DNA of 26,211 nucleotides from a virus (Duplodnaviria; Caudoviricetes): IMG/VR virus record IMGVR_UViG_3300005512_000287, positions 1 to 26,211 of that record; one strand, 5' to 3'. The notes below the pieces were generated by a model that saw only the letters and a list, made by a program, of their open reading frames with translations, did not search any database and was not told the DNA's origin. Position numbers and translations under genes: made by a program. Of the stretch, positions 25,443 through 26,211 are shown one piece after another (position 1 is the stretch's first letter; each line of letters starts with the position of its first letter).

Positions 25443-26188
25443 CTACACCAGCCAAACTCAGAATAATTCATGCTGTACCGTGTTTAGCTGAAATCTCTTG
25501 ACACCATCATTGAAATATTCTTCGTCAATTTCTATTATATCCAAATCAAACCCCTCTTTATGGCAAGCAATCGCCGATGAGAAACTACCGCCGTGGGTGT
25601 CGATGATGCGTTGACCCGCAGTTGCGTAGTTCTTTAGGAGCCAACGATATAGGGCAACGGGCTTTTGGGTGGGGTGGATGCGCTCTTCTTTTTGGCTCAT
25701 GTTCTGTTGCAACATCCCAGCCCATTTCCATTCAAACTTCCGTACTGCAGTATTGAAAGATGTCCACGCCAACTCGCAATCAGCAAAATCAGATGATCCG
25801 TTCATTTTATCCCAAACGATAAAGCAGGGTGACGGTCTTAAATAGAAATAATTGCCCCCCCATATTATCTGATTTTTAGATACACGCATGAGCCAATCAA
25901 AATATATTTTGTCTGGAGTTTCCCTATCCCAATCCTTTACAGTATATTCAATCTTTCGCGCAACACCACCACCCCTGCCCTGAGATTGGTTGTTTATGTT
26001 TATCCCATACGGCGGGTCAACTATTGCAAGATCATAGGCATTATCGGCGGTAGCTTTCATCAGCTCCATGCAATCACCAAGATATGCTCGGATTAAAGGC
26101 TGGTGAGATATAACCACGGCTTTAAGCTGACCACCATCGTTTATTGTTTTACTCATGTTTATTGCCTCCGCAGCTTAAGCCGTTCACG
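25437..26188 (+). mobile_element. Integron-like gene cassette (752 bp) carrying the methyltransferase in inverted orientation
   Basis: Runs from G|TT of site 1 to G|TT of site 2. The left core GTTATATCTACACCAGCC is complementary to GGCTGGTGAGATATAAC at site 2, with one bulged base. Confidence 0.7.
25458..26156 (-). CDS. DNA methyltransferase, N6-adenine/N4-cytosine, beta class
   Basis: Catalytic DPPY near the N-terminus, IIWGGNYF, HPTQKPVALY, C-terminal SAM-binding DTHGGSFSS; SD GGAGG. Confidence 0.95.
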   Translation of the reverse strand: MSKTINDGGQLKAVVISHQPLIRAYLGDCMELMKATADNAYDLAIVDPPYGININNQSQGRGGGVARKIEYTVKDWDRETPDKIYFDWLMRVSKNQIIWGGNYFYLRPSPCFIVWDKMNGSSDFADCELAWTSFNTAVRKFEWKWAGMLQQNMSQKEERIHPTQKPVALYRWLLKNYATAGQRIIDTHGGSFSSAIACHKEGFDLDIIEIDEEYFNDGVKRFQLNTVQHELF

Positions 26189-26194
26189 TTATGT
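26108..26194 (+). mobile_element. attC-like recombination site 2 (87 bp) containing the RBS and start codon of the methyltransferase
   Basis: R'' ATATAAC - CACGG - L'' CTTTAAGC (one extra base) TG ... CA L' GCTTAAG - CCGTTCAC - R' GTTATGT. Confidence 0.7.
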
Positions 26195-26211
26195 GGTCTC
26201 GTTAATCTTTC

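Noticed and set aside
25458-26156. Complete restriction-modification system
   Set aside because: No endonuclease gene is adjacent in the window; it appears to be an orphan methyltransferase.

Overview
Part of a podovirus-like tailed dsDNA phage genome, with every credible gene on the minus strand. In transcription order (right to left) it holds: a beta-class DNA methyltransferase; a repeat-rich non-coding region (4 x 31 bp, 2 x 32 bp); small early-type genes; a G/C-tract and A-tract region; small ORFs; TerS, TerL and a P22-like portal; a triple-repeat protein; scaffold; a decoration-like protein; an N4-gp56-type major capsid protein; three paralogous adaptor/ring proteins; a nozzle-like protein; three ejection-type proteins; and a separately promoted spike/fibre module. 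Main observations: (1) the methyltransferase lies in an integron-like gene cassette between two attC-like sites whose core sites are complementary, with the gene inverted and its RBS and start codon inside the attC loop; (2) Fur-box-like palindromes occur at the terminase operon, the fibre promoter and three further sites; (3) the last fibre gene resembles a DGR-type C-type-lectin target whose frame breaks in a G7 tract just where a variable region would begin. All assignments come from motif recognition and gene order; no database searches were run.
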